Origin: Verrucomicrobiia bacterium
GTDB lineage: Bacteria; Verrucomicrobiota; Verrucomicrobiia; Limisphaerales; UBA8199
Reading direction: 5' to 3'
Assembly (NCBI GenBank): GCA_035946615.1
Contig: DASYZB010000116.1
Location: 16,545 to 80,544, forward strand
DNA length: 64,000 nucleotides
Shown: positions 1-9,013 of the stretch, piece after piece
Layout of the letters: every line of letters begins with the position of its first letter
How positions within the stretch are numbered: the stretch's first letter is position 1
Translations under genes and position numbers: made by a program
Notes under the pieces: model-generated
What the model saw: the letters and a program-made list of their open reading frames with translations, nothing else
The model's database searches: none
What the model was told of the DNA's origin: nothing

Positions 1-200
1 AATATCTTCACAATGCTTTGATGGTTCTCGAAAAAAGCAAAAATCCACCGCAAGGGTGGAGAAAAGCAGCCGGACTCTACCAGCCCCGCCCGAGAGCGCA
101 AGAGGAAAGACAACGCCGTAGTTGCTCACGAGAGGTAATTCGTTACTATCGACGACAGCCGCTGTTGCGCGCAGAATGCGGCGTTGGAAAAGCCCAAAGC

Positions 201-932
201 ATGAACACGAGTCCAGAGAGCTACAGCCGAATTTGTGACGAGGTCTGGGCCCTTTACACCGCCCAGTTGGTGAAGGACAAAAGGCGCGGGGCAAAACGCC
301 ATGTGCTCCTGCCGCCGCCGCCGCGTGGCAGGCCGGTGGATTTGTTGTTTGTAGGGATTTCACCCAGCCAGGTTGCGCCGGTGGCGTACGCCGCCGAACG
401 CAAGGCGGCCGAGCGGTTTGCCGCTGAGTTCGAGTACGTGCGCACAGCAGGCGCTGGCCGCCCCAAATTCAGCAATGACCCTTATTACGAGCCCCTGTTG
501 CAATTCGCCCAGCGCATCGACGAGCGGTTCGGCGTCTGGCCGCAGGTCGCCTCCGGCGCCAAGGCCCTCCTGGTCGAGTTTACCGACGCCCTTCACATTA
601 CCACTGACGAGCGAATCGCCGATGACTTGCTGGGCGTGATGAACCCTCAAGCGGACGATTGTCCTGAATGTTTGAAGTGCAAAGAGATACTTAAGATGGA
701 GCTGGCTCTCTACCGGCCACGGGTCGTTATCTGCAATGGCCGGCTCCCATCCAAGTTCGTTTGGGAGGTTTGCACCGGGCACCCCGTTGAACGCCCGGTC
801 AAGGAGACCGTGTTCAAAGCGGCTCAATTTGGCGGCATCGCGCATTTTTGCGGGTATTTGAACTCCAAAGGGCTCGACGGCTTCAGCAGGGCGCGGCTGC
901 TGCGAGAGGTCCGCGAGAACACCCAATTTTGA
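201..932 (+). CDS. hypothetical protein, possibly uracil-DNA glycosylase-like superfamily fold
   Basis: ORF 18..932. The ATG at 201 (MNTSPES...) is preferred over the R/Q-rich 5' extension. 'LLFVGISPS' and 'HFCGYLNS' loosely resemble UDG-superfamily motifs A and B. Assignment by eye only. Confidence 0.45.
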   Translation: MNTSPESYSRICDEVWALYTAQLVKDKRRGAKRHVLLPPPPRGRPVDLLFVGISPSQVAPVAYAAERKAAERFAAEFEYVRTAGAGRPKFSNDPYYEPLLQFAQRIDERFGVWPQVASGAKALLVEFTDALHITTDERIADDLLGVMNPQADDCPECLKCKEILKMELALYRPRVVICNGRLPSKFVWEVCTGHPVERPVKETVFKAAQFGGIAHFCGYLNSKGLDGFSRARLLREVRENTQF

Positions 933-958
933 CTGCTGTTCATAGGGCCTTCCTTATC

Positions 959-1903
959 ATGCGCTCCTTTGACAGCCTCGATGAACGGGAGATACTGGCT
1001 CTGGCCATCTCGCAGGAGGAGGAGGACGCGCGTATTTACGACGATTTCGCCCATGGCTTGGAGACCAATTATCCGGAGCAAGCGAAGAAATTCGCCGACA
1101 TGCGCAAGGATGAAGACGGCCATCGCCATCGGTTGCTGGATCTCTATCGGACCCGCTTTGGCGAACACGTGCCGCTGATACGCCGTCAGGATGTCCGCGG
1201 CTTCGTGCGCCGGCGCCCCGTCTGGCTGGTGCGCCCTTTGGGGCTGAAAGCGGTGCAGAAAGAGGCCGAGTTGATGGAGATGGAAACCAAGCGCTTTTAT
1301 GAGGCGGCGGCGCGGCGTTCGCCCGACGCGGCCATTCGCCAATTGCTGGGGGACCTCGCCGAGGAAGAGCGGCATCATGCTGAAACGGCGGAGAGCATCG
1401 CGCAGACCAAACTGAGCGAGGAAGAATCAGCCCGGCGGAAGCGGCTGTTTCTGCTGCAGGTCGTCCAACCCGGTCTCGCCGGATTAATGGATGGCTCGGT
1501 ATCTACTCTGGCGCCCCTGTTCGCTGCCGCCTTCGCCACACACCAAAGCCTGGATGCCCTGCGCGTTGGCTTGGCCGCCAGCCTCGGCGCGGGCATCAGC
1601 ATGGGCTTTGCCGAAGCGCTGTCCGATGACGGCAACCTCACCGGACGTGGCCATCCCTGGGCGCGAGGAACGGTTTGCGGGCTGATGACGACCCTCGGCG
1701 GCATCGGACATAGCCTGCCTTTTTTAATACATAATCTTCGGACTGCCACCTCCGTGGCGGTGACAGTGGTCATAATAGAATTGATCGTCATTGCCTGGGT
1801 CCGCCGGCGCTACATGGACACGGCGTTGTCCTCGGCGGTGATCCAGGTCGTTATCGGTGGAGTATTGGTGTTTTTGGTGGGAGTTTTAATCGGGAGCACA
1901 TAG
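959..1903 (+). CDS. ferritin-like (rubrerythrin-type) domain fused to a VIT1/CCC1 family iron/manganese transporter
   Basis: ORF 848..1903, internal ATG at 959 (MRSFDSLDEREILALAISQEEED...). The N-terminal region has paired E..H motifs ('EDGHRH', 'EEERHH'). The C-terminal half is glycine-rich membrane sequence typical of VIT1 ('LAGLMDGSVSTLAPLF', 'GAGISMGFAEALSDDG'). Confidence 0.8.
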   Translation: MRSFDSLDEREILALAISQEEEDARIYDDFAHGLETNYPEQAKKFADMRKDEDGHRHRLLDLYRTRFGEHVPLIRRQDVRGFVRRRPVWLVRPLGLKAVQKEAELMEMETKRFYEAAARRSPDAAIRQLLGDLAEEERHHAETAESIAQTKLSEEESARRKRLFLLQVVQPGLAGLMDGSVSTLAPLFAAAFATHQSLDALRVGLAASLGAGISMGFAEALSDDGNLTGRGHPWARGTVCGLMTTLGGIGHSLPFLIHNLRTATSVAVTVVIIELIVIAWVRRRYMDTALSSAVIQVVIGGVLVFLVGVLIGST

Positions 1904-1976
1904 CTGCTATAGGTGTAGCTTTGATTGACACGCCCGGAAACTGTGAGATTTTACCGGCAAAAATGAGCTAAACGCT

Positions 1977-2414
1977 ATGATTAAGAGATACCTATGCACG
2001 TGCCTGGCCACCCTGAGCGCCTTGGCTCTGCCGATTTGCAACGCTGCAGATAATGAGGCGTCTAAAACCCCGGTAGATGTCAGCAAGCTGCCGCTCCCTT
2101 CCGACCGGAAAGATGTGACCTACGCGGCTGATATCCGTCCGCTGTTCGAGAAGTCCTGCGTCCGTTGCCACGGCCCACAAAAGCCCAAAGGAAAATTGCG
2201 CCTGGACAGTCTCGAGGGTGTCCTCAAGGGCGGCGAGGATGGCAAAGTGGTCCTGCCGGGGAACAGCGCCGGAAGCGTGCTGATCCATAATGTCGCTCAT
2301 ATCGGCGACCCAGATGATTATATGCCGCCGCCGAAAAACAAGGCCGGCATCCCGCCCCTGACGCGTGAGCAGATAAGCCTCCTGCGCGCCTGGATCGATC
2401 AAGGCGCCAAGTGA
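1977..2414 (+). CDS. secreted c-type cytochrome domain protein (planctomycete cytochrome C / PSCyt1-like)
   Basis: Signal peptide 'LATLSALALPICNA'. Heme-binding 'CVRCH' within 'IRPLFEKSCVRCHGPQKPKGKLRLDS', characteristic of PSCyt1 domains. Confidence 0.75.
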   Translation: MIKRYLCTCLATLSALALPICNAADNEASKTPVDVSKLPLPSDRKDVTYAADIRPLFEKSCVRCHGPQKPKGKLRLDSLEGVLKGGEDGKVVLPGNSAGSVLIHNVAHIGDPDDYMPPPKNKAGIPPLTREQISLLRAWIDQGAK

Positions 2415-2794
2415 CCGGGCCTTTACAAGTCGTTACGACTGCTCTTGGTCTTGAAAAATATCAGCGCCATATCTTTTTGTGCGCGGACCAGACGGAGCCC
2501 AAATGTGCCCCGCGCGAGCAGGGTTTGGCTTCGTGGGAGTTCCTGAAAAAGCGATTGAAAGAGCTGCAACTGAGCGAGCCCAGGGGGCTGGTGTACCGCA
2601 CGAAGGTCAATTGCCTGCGGGTTTGTGCGCACGGTCCAATTGCTGTGGTGTACCCGGAAGCCGTCTGGTATCATTCGTGCATCCCGGTAGTCCTCGAACG
2701 CATCATCCAGGAACATTTAATCCAGGGAAAAATCGTCCACGAGTTCGCATTCGCAAAAAACCCGCACTTTGGCCAGGGAGCAGCAAGCTGCTAA
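2411..2794 (+). CDS. thioredoxin-like [2Fe-2S] ferredoxin domain protein
   Basis: GTG start overlaps the upstream stop (GTGA). Cys pattern 'HIFLCADQTEPKC ... NCLRVCAHGPIAVVYP' matches thioredoxin-fold 2Fe-2S ferredoxins. Confidence 0.7.
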   Translation: MTGPLQVVTTALGLEKYQRHIFLCADQTEPKCAPREQGLASWEFLKKRLKELQLSEPRGLVYRTKVNCLRVCAHGPIAVVYPEAVWYHSCIPVVLERIIQEHLIQGKIVHEFAFAKNPHFGQGAASC

Positions 2795-2925
2795 ACTAGC
2801 CCCGAGAGAACCCATCGCGGCGGATGGCGGCTAGAATTTCCGCGGGCTGCGGGAACTTTGCATCTTAGCAGCGGAGCGAACTCAAGCGAATTTTTGAAAA
2901 CCCGTGAAATTCGCCTCTCCCTTCT

Positions 2926-3258
2926 TCACTCCTCCAACAGCTTGTCCACTTTTGCGGCCATAACGAAATCGCTTTCGGTCAGCGCATCGATTTTGTGGGT
3001 CCAAATGGTCAGCTTGACTTTGCCCCAAGCAAGGTAAATGTCCGGATGATGCCCCTGTGCTTCGGCCAGCTCACCCACCCGATTAGTAAAATCAAGTGCT
3101 TCGCGGAAGTTCTTGAACTTATACTCCTTTTCGAGATGGTGCTCCTCGACTACTCGCCAACCCTGCAACTGGCCCGCGAATCCCGCCAGGGCCTTCCCTT
3201 TGAGCGGGGCGACTCCACCCTTGCAAGGCACGCACTCTTTTTCGGCTAATGTTGTCAT
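2926..3258 (-). CDS. 4a-hydroxytetrahydrobiopterin (pterin-4-alpha-carbinolamine) dehydratase
   Basis: 110 aa. 'FKNFREALDFTNRVGELAEAQGHHPDIYLAWGKVKLTIWTHKI' is the canonical PCD core, including the HHP motif. Confidence 0.9.
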   Translation of the reverse strand: MTTLAEKECVPCKGGVAPLKGKALAGFAGQLQGWRVVEEHHLEKEYKFKNFREALDFTNRVGELAEAQGHHPDIYLAWGKVKLTIWTHKIDALTESDFVMAAKVDKLLEE

Positions 3259-3307
3259 AATACGCCTCTCCTTCCTCTTCGATTAATCTCACTTTACCAC
3301 ACAAAAC

Positions 3308-4411
3308 CTAAATATGCTCCCCTAGCACCGGAGGCGGGTGGTAAGGCAGGTCGCGTTCGGGGGTCAGGGGGGCGGTCTCCCGGGCCAGCACACGATATTG
3401 GCGGATTTGGAATGATACTTCCTTGCCATCCTCGAGGCCTTGGCGGGCGTAGTCTTCTTTGCTCATCCGCGCGCGAACCACCAGGCCGCTGGAAAGCTCC
3501 AGCTCAACTCGCAGCATGACACCCAGGAAGAAGGTGCGCCGCAGCACCGCGCGGTAGCGGTGCTCGGCCAGATCGGAGGAAATCTCGACGGCATAGGGAC
3601 GAAACCCGATGCGGAGCTTCTGGCCCTCGGCCTGACCATGCGCGGGGAATTCCAGCTCGCCAAGGCGCGCCACGCCATCGCGAACCTCGGGTTCGAGCAC
3701 ATTCATGACCCCAATGAACCGGGCGACAAATTCGTTGGCGGGTTGATCATAAACCTCGCGCGGCGCGCCGACCTGTTCGAGAACACCGCGCGAAAAGATC
3801 ACGATTCGGTTGGCCACTTCCATCGCCTCTTCCTGGTCGTGGGTGACGAAGATCGTCGTCACATTCAGGTCATGGTGCAGTCTGACGAGCCATTCCCTGA
3901 GTTCCTGGCGGATTTTGGCATCGACAGCGCCGAAGGGCTCATCCAGCAGGAGGACAGTTGGTTTAGGGGCCAAGGCGCGGGCGATGGCAACCCGCTGCCG
4001 CTGTCCGCCGGAAAGCTGGTGCGGATAACGCCTCTCGAGACCGTCGAGGCCGAAGAGCGCCAGCAGTTCGGCAATCCGCGCTTTGATGTCGGCCCGTTTC
4101 CATTTTTTGATCTTCAAGCCGAAGGCGATGTTCTTGAAGACGGTCATGTTTTTGAACAAGGCATAATTCTGAAAGACAAAGCCGATGTTGCGCTGTTGCA
4201 CCGAGAGGTCGTTGACCCGCCTGCCGCGGATGAACACGTCCCCCTGAGTGGGGATTTCCAACCCGGCAATCATCCGCAGGACGGTGGTTTTTCCGCCGCC
4301 GCTGGGTCCCAGCAAGGCCATCAACTCGCCATCTTTGACTGAAAAGGAAACATTATGAACGGCATCGACGTTGCCGAATCGCTTGCTGACGTGTCGAAGT
4401 TCAATGCTCAT
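3308..4411 (-). CDS. cysA: sulfate/thiosulfate ABC transporter ATP-binding protein
   Basis: Walker A 'GPSGGGKTT', signature 'LSGGQRQRVAIARAL', Walker B 'LLLDEPF', plus a C-terminal TOBE-like extension. Last gene of a T-W-A order operon. Confidence 0.9.
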   Translation of the reverse strand: MSIELRHVSKRFGNVDAVHNVSFSVKDGELMALLGPSGGGKTTVLRMIAGLEIPTQGDVFIRGRRVNDLSVQQRNIGFVFQNYALFKNMTVFKNIAFGLKIKKWKRADIKARIAELLALFGLDGLERRYPHQLSGGQRQRVAIARALAPKPTVLLLDEPFGAVDAKIRQELREWLVRLHHDLNVTTIFVTHDQEEAMEVANRIVIFSRGVLEQVGAPREVYDQPANEFVARFIGVMNVLEPEVRDGVARLGELEFPAHGQAEGQKLRIGFRPYAVEISSDLAEHRYRAVLRRTFFLGVMLRVELELSSGLVVRARMSKEDYARQGLEDGKEVSFQIRQYRVLARETAPLTPERDLPYHPPPVLGEHI

Positions 4412-4421
4412 TCAGTTGCGT

Positions 4422-5348
4422 TCATCTGCCTTCATCCACGGTTTTGTAAGGGTTAAAAACCCGGGCATCCACCAGGCCCCGGGCATGCTCGCGGGCCTGT
4501 TTCCATTCGAGAAAGGTCTTGATCGCCAATGTGAGCAAGGCAAGCAAGGCAAGCAAGCTGGCCACCGCAAAGGCGGCCGGGGCGTCGTACTCGTTGTAGA
4601 GCTTCTCGACGCGCAGGGGCATGGTGTCGGTAAGGCCGGTGATATGGCCTGAAACAACCGAGACGGCGCCGAACTCGCCCATGGCGCGCGCATTGCAAAG
4701 GATAATCCCATAGATGAGCCCCCATTTAACCGAGGGCAGCGTGACATGCCAGAAGGTTTGCCATCCGTTGGCGCCCAAGGTGAGGGCCGCCTGTTCCTGC
4801 TCGGCGCCGGTAGCCTGCATCACGGGAATCAACTCGCGCGCCACAAAGGGGAACGTAACGAAAACGGTGGCCAGCACCATGCCGGGGACCGCAAAGATGA
4901 TCTTTATATCGTGGGAAGCGAGCCACGGACCGAAAAAGCCTTGCAACCCGAAGAGAACCACAAACATCAACCCCGCCACTACCGGTGAGACAGAGAAGGG
5001 CAGGTCGATAAGGGTGATGAGGAGCGATTTGCCACGGAATTGAAATTTGGCGATTGCCCATGCCGCTGCCAGCCCGAACAAGACGTTTAAGGGCACGCAG
5101 ATGGCTGCTACTGTCAGGGTCAGCCGGATGGCTGACCACGAATCGGGCGATGTAAGGGACTGGCAATAATAGCTCCAGCCTTTGGCCAGGGCCTGGGCGA
5201 ATACATTCACGAGCGGCAGGAGCAGGAATACAACTGAAAACGCCAGCGCGATGGCGATCAGAAGCCATTTGATGAAGGGCGGTTCATCGGCGCCCCGCTG
5301 CGAGGCGCGCGGTGGCGGTGTCAGCTTGGTTGTAACTGTTCCCGGCAT
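4422..5348 (-). CDS. cysW: sulfate ABC transporter permease
   Basis: ORF 4422..5411. The ATG at 5348 (MPGTVTT...) sits 5 nt after the cysT stop. Multi-TM MetI-like permease ending in 'EWKQAREHARG', typical of CysW. Confidence 0.85.
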   Translation of the reverse strand: MPGTVTTKLTPPPRASQRGADEPPFIKWLLIAIALAFSVVFLLLPLVNVFAQALAKGWSYYCQSLTSPDSWSAIRLTLTVAAICVPLNVLFGLAAAWAIAKFQFRGKSLLITLIDLPFSVSPVVAGLMFVVLFGLQGFFGPWLASHDIKIIFAVPGMVLATVFVTFPFVARELIPVMQATGAEQEQAALTLGANGWQTFWHVTLPSVKWGLIYGIILCNARAMGEFGAVSVVSGHITGLTDTMPLRVEKLYNEYDAPAAFAVASLLALLALLTLAIKTFLEWKQAREHARGLVDARVFNPYKTVDEGR

Positions 5349-5352
5349 GTGG

Positions 5353-6177
5353 TTAATGTTCGAAACGGCTCGCCCATTGTTCGAGCAGGTTGATAGCCGC
5401 CAGCAGCGCAAACGAGAAGACCATCAAAACGAACGCCAGAGCAATGGCGCCGTGATAATCGTACTCGTCCAGGCGCATGACAATGAGATAAGGCGCGATT
5501 TCGGTTTTGAAAGGGACGTTGCCGGAAATGAAAACAATCGAGCCGTATTCACCAACCGCGCGCGCAAAGGCAAGGGCGAATCCGGTTAGCAGGGGTGGCG
5601 CCAGAGAAGGGGCGATGATGCTGGCGAACGTGCGCAATCGGCTGGCCCCCAGAGTAGCGGCTGCCTCTTCGACGTCGCGTTCGAGGTTCTCGAGGACCGG
5701 CTGGAGTGTGCGCACCACGAATGGCATTCCCACAAACGTCAGCGCAATCACCACTCCTAGCGGAGTAAAGGCGCCTTTGATTCCAAGGGGCGCCAAATAG
5801 CGGCCAAGCCAGCCATTGGCCGCGAACAGATTCGCCAGCGTCAGTCCGGCTACCGCAGTCGGTAATGCGAATGGGAAATCAACCATCGCGTCGATAATGC
5901 GGCGGCCTGGGAATCTGTAGCGCACCAGGACCCAGGCAAGAAGCGTTCCGAAAAGGGCATTGGCGAGCGCCGCCAGGCCTGAGGCGCCAAAAGTGAGCCG
6001 GTAAGCCGCCAGGGCTCGCTCGGTGGTCGCCAGCCGCCAAAAATCGTGCCAAGACAACTCGCAAGCCCGAATTATCAGGCCCGCAAAAGGAATCAGGACG
6101 ATGGCGCTGAGATAAAAGAGCGTAAAGCCGAAGGTCAGCCCGAAACCGGGGAGCGCATTGAATTTAGCTCGCGCCAT
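5353..6177 (-). CDS. cysT: sulfate ABC transporter permease
   Basis: 274-aa MetI-like permease ('NALPGFGLTFGFTLFYLSAIVLIP', EAA loop 'EEAAATLGASRLRTF'), directly upstream of cysW and cysA. Confidence 0.85.
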   Translation of the reverse strand: MARAKFNALPGFGLTFGFTLFYLSAIVLIPFAGLIIRACELSWHDFWRLATTERALAAYRLTFGASGLAALANALFGTLLAWVLVRYRFPGRRIIDAMVDFPFALPTAVAGLTLANLFAANGWLGRYLAPLGIKGAFTPLGVVIALTFVGMPFVVRTLQPVLENLERDVEEAAATLGASRLRTFASIIAPSLAPPLLTGFALAFARAVGEYGSIVFISGNVPFKTEIAPYLIVMRLDEYDYHGAIALAFVLMVFSFALLAAINLLEQWASRFEH

Positions 6178-6280
6178 GGAAGTTAGGATTTTAGCGAGAA
6201 TTCCATTACTTGACTATTTGTTTGTAAAGGATGCATAGCTCATAAACTACACTATGTCAATCGGAATACTGTTAATAACC

Positions 6281-6359
6281 GGAATCCTGAGTAATCTTTG
6301 CGTTCTTTGCGTTCTCTCGCGGCTGATCGGGTTGGTTGCGGCTTGCCCGCGCTGCGAAA
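6281..6359 (+). repeat. ~79-nt intergenic repeat, copy 1 (partner at 56309..56386)
   Basis: The first 48 nt 'ggaatcctgagtaatctttgcgttctttgcgttctctcgcggctgatc' are identical to 56309..56356. The next ~30 nt are near-identical ('ttggttgcgg(c/t)ttgcccgcgctgcgaaa'). Contains an internal tandem 9-mer, 'tttgcgttc' x2. Confidence 0.85.
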
Positions 6360-6433
6360 TGCCAGGCTAAGGCCCCTAAACTCCGGGTATTGCCAATCTC
6401 CGCCGGACTGATAACAATCCGGGACTCAAAACA

Positions 6434-8548
6434 ATGACCCCGATCACCCCGCTCTTCGGCGCGATCCCTCACGCGCACCTGCTCTCCCTGTCACCAATCG
6501 ACCTTGTCATCATCGGCTTCTACTTCGCTGTCGTGCTGGGCATCGGATTTTACCTCAAGAAATTTGCGAACACGGGGGAAGATTTTTTTCTTGCGGGACG
6601 GAAGATGACGGCGTGGATAGCGGGCCTGAGCTTTATCTCGGCCAATTTGAGTTCGCTCGAGACGATGGGCTGGAGCGCGATGGCGTATCAGTATGGGATG
6701 TTGGGGGCCCACGCGTATCTCATTGGGGCTATCCCGGCCATCCTCTTTCTGGCAATCGTCATGATGCCTTTCTATTACATCTGCAAGACCCATTCGGTCC
6801 CCGGCTACCTGAAGCTGCGTTACGGGGAAGGTCCCCGCACTCTGGCTGGCATCTCCTTTGCAATCCTCACGGTCATGGTGAGCGGGGCAAGCATGTTTGC
6901 CATGGCCAAAATTCTAAATCTGCTTCTGGGCTGGAACATGCACGCCAGCATTTGGGCGTCGTCTTTCACCGTGCTGATTTACGTGACGCTTGGCGGGTTG
7001 CTCTCGGCGGTGTTCAATGAAGTCCTGCAGTATTTCCTCATCTGGGCGGGGGCGCTTCTCATACCGATTCTGGGCCTGATTGACGCCGGGGGCTGGCACA
7101 AGATGATGCAAACCATCCAACACAATGTGAAAGTCATTCATCCTACTGTTCAGAACGCCGATTTCACCAGCCTCTGGCGCAGCCTGGGTTCTTTCGACAC
7201 CAACCCGATGGGCATCGACTGGTTTGGGATGGTCTTCGGTCTTGGGCTGGCGGTGAGCTTCGGCTATTGGTGCACCGATTTTCTCCAGGTCCAGCGCGTC
7301 ATGGTCGCTAAGGACCTCCGTTCGGCCCAAAACGGCACGATTATCGGGGCTTTTCTAAAAATGCTGGTGCCGCTCATCGTCACGATTCCCGGCCTGCTCG
7401 GTTTGGCGGTGCTTCTCAACCCGGACGGCTCGCCGATGGTGCTTGTCCCCGAGAGCGACCCACGGGCTGGCATCACCCATCACACCTTCAACGATGTCAT
7501 GCCCCTGCTGATGGGCCAATATCTCGGGCCTGGCCTGCTTGGGTTGGGTGTCACGGCCATGATTGCCGGTTTTATGTCCGGGATGGCCGGCAACATCAGC
7601 GCCTTCGCCACCGTGTGGACCTACGATGTCTATAAACCGCTCCTGAGAAAAAACGCCAATGATGCGCATTACCTGCGGATGGGCCGCTGGTGTTCGGCCA
7701 TTGGCATTGTCATCTCGATCGGGACTGCTTACACCCTCTTTCTCTTTTCCAACATTCTCGAGTACTTGCAGGTGCTGGTGTTCTTTTTTATCGTCCCGCT
7801 TTTCGGCACCATTCTGCTGGGCATGCTGTGGAAACGGGCCACACCGGCTGGTGGCTTTTGGGGATTCCTCTCGGCTATCCTCGTCTCGATTGCCATGTGG
7901 GCCCACGTCCACACCTTTCCCGAGGGCTACCGGCCCCAGCCCAAAGCCACCTTAAGCCCCGGCGCTATGGTCACGCTCGTCAGATCACCTGAGGGCCAAA
8001 TCTCACAAGTCATTGTCCAGAGCGGCAAGGTGGATTTCGTCAATGTACCCATCGGTGGCGAGAGTGTTGTCAAAAACTCGCCGCACACGATTCCGCCGCT
8101 CATCAAGAGAGCAGGTGGCGATGTGCCCGTCCAGGTCCTTGCTCCCGACGTCGTCCTTTCCGACTCGAAAGAAACATCGAAGTTCGGCGTGGAATCGGTG
8201 CCGCTGGTGATCGAGCCCGGAGTTGCTGTTCAAACCACGATGGTCTCGAGCACGTTTGTGCCTTCGGCCTTCAACCAGCAGCACGCAAAACTCATCGCCC
8301 GTTCTGAAAAGGCGAAGCCGATGGCCATTAACATGTATAGTTCGTGGTGGTCTTTTGTGGTGTGCGTCAGTGTCACCTTCCTGGTCAGCCTGGTGACCAA
8401 ACCCAAACCTGAATCGGAGCTGAAAAACCTCGTCCTGGGGTTGACGACACTTCCGCCGGAACCGCCGAGCCCCTGGTATCGCAAGCCACTCTTTTGGGCC
8501 GCCATGGTGGCGCTGCTACTCATTGCCGTAAACATCATCTTCTGGTAA
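6434..8548 (+). CDS. sodium:solute symporter (SSF/SGLT-like) with a long hydrophilic insert before the last TM
   Basis: 704 aa. 'FFLAGRKMTAWIAGLSFISANLSSLETMG' is the SSF signature region, with ~13 TMs. A ~135-aa non-membrane segment (aa ~495-630) precedes the final TM helices. Confidence 0.85.
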   Translation: MTPITPLFGAIPHAHLLSLSPIDLVIIGFYFAVVLGIGFYLKKFANTGEDFFLAGRKMTAWIAGLSFISANLSSLETMGWSAMAYQYGMLGAHAYLIGAIPAILFLAIVMMPFYYICKTHSVPGYLKLRYGEGPRTLAGISFAILTVMVSGASMFAMAKILNLLLGWNMHASIWASSFTVLIYVTLGGLLSAVFNEVLQYFLIWAGALLIPILGLIDAGGWHKMMQTIQHNVKVIHPTVQNADFTSLWRSLGSFDTNPMGIDWFGMVFGLGLAVSFGYWCTDFLQVQRVMVAKDLRSAQNGTIIGAFLKMLVPLIVTIPGLLGLAVLLNPDGSPMVLVPESDPRAGITHHTFNDVMPLLMGQYLGPGLLGLGVTAMIAGFMSGMAGNISAFATVWTYDVYKPLLRKNANDAHYLRMGRWCSAIGIVISIGTAYTLFLFSNILEYLQVLVFFFIVPLFGTILLGMLWKRATPAGGFWGFLSAILVSIAMWAHVHTFPEGYRPQPKATLSPGAMVTLVRSPEGQISQVIVQSGKVDFVNVPIGGESVVKNSPHTIPPLIKRAGGDVPVQVLAPDVVLSDSKETSKFGVESVPLVIEPGVAVQTTMVSSTFVPSAFNQQHAKLIARSEKAKPMAINMYSSWWSFVVCVSVTFLVSLVTKPKPESELKNLVLGLTTLPPEPPSPWYRKPLFWAAMVALLLIAVNIIFW

Positions 8549-8553
8549 CCGAT

Positions 8554-8832
8554 ATGCGAGATCACGAAAAGCAAATCCCCATTTGGTTCTTTATCGGTGT
8601 AATGCTCGCCCTGTACGGGTTTATCATCCTGGGGGCTGGCATCTACGGCTGGGTCCATCCCCCGCCTCCGGAGAAAATGGTTAAACTCTGGAATTACCAT
8701 GCGGGAGTCTGGTGGGGCGCCTTGCTGTTTATCATCGGGCTGGTTTATGTGGTTAGGTTTTGGCCCTCCAAGGCAGAAACACTGACTGGGGAAGTTCTCC
8801 AACCGGATGCGGCAGCGAAGTCAAAATCCTAA
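8554..8832 (+). CDS. small two-TM membrane protein (symporter-associated)
   Basis: The ATG at 8554 is 6 nt after the symporter stop. 'IPIWFFIGVMLALYGFIILGAGIYGW' and 'VWWGALLFIIGLVYVV' are predicted TM helices. Confidence 0.6.
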   Translation: MRDHEKQIPIWFFIGVMLALYGFIILGAGIYGWVHPPPPEKMVKLWNYHAGVWWGALLFIIGLVYVVRFWPSKAETLTGEVLQPDAAAKSKS

Positions 8833-9013
8833 GCCGTGTTTAAGCAACGCTTTGAGCGGCCACCAAGAGACCGCGAAAGGTTTTGCGGCTGCCACTGCCA
8901 CTATGCAAGCGCGGTTGAGTCGAATATTTCCGTGGGAATCGTCGTCTTTCTTAAACAAAGGGGCTTGTCCCAGCCCGCGCTTTGAGTTTATGCTCGTAAA
9001 AATAGAGAACGTC

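Noticed and set aside
6281-6359. Possible small peptide 'GILSNLCVLCVLSRLI...' encoded by the 79-nt repeat. Both copies end at a TAA.
   Set aside because: An indel after the identical 48-nt block shifts the frame, so the C-terminal halves differ completely (GLVAACPRCEMPG against LWLRFARAAKKTA). There is no start codon, and conservation is at the nucleotide level.
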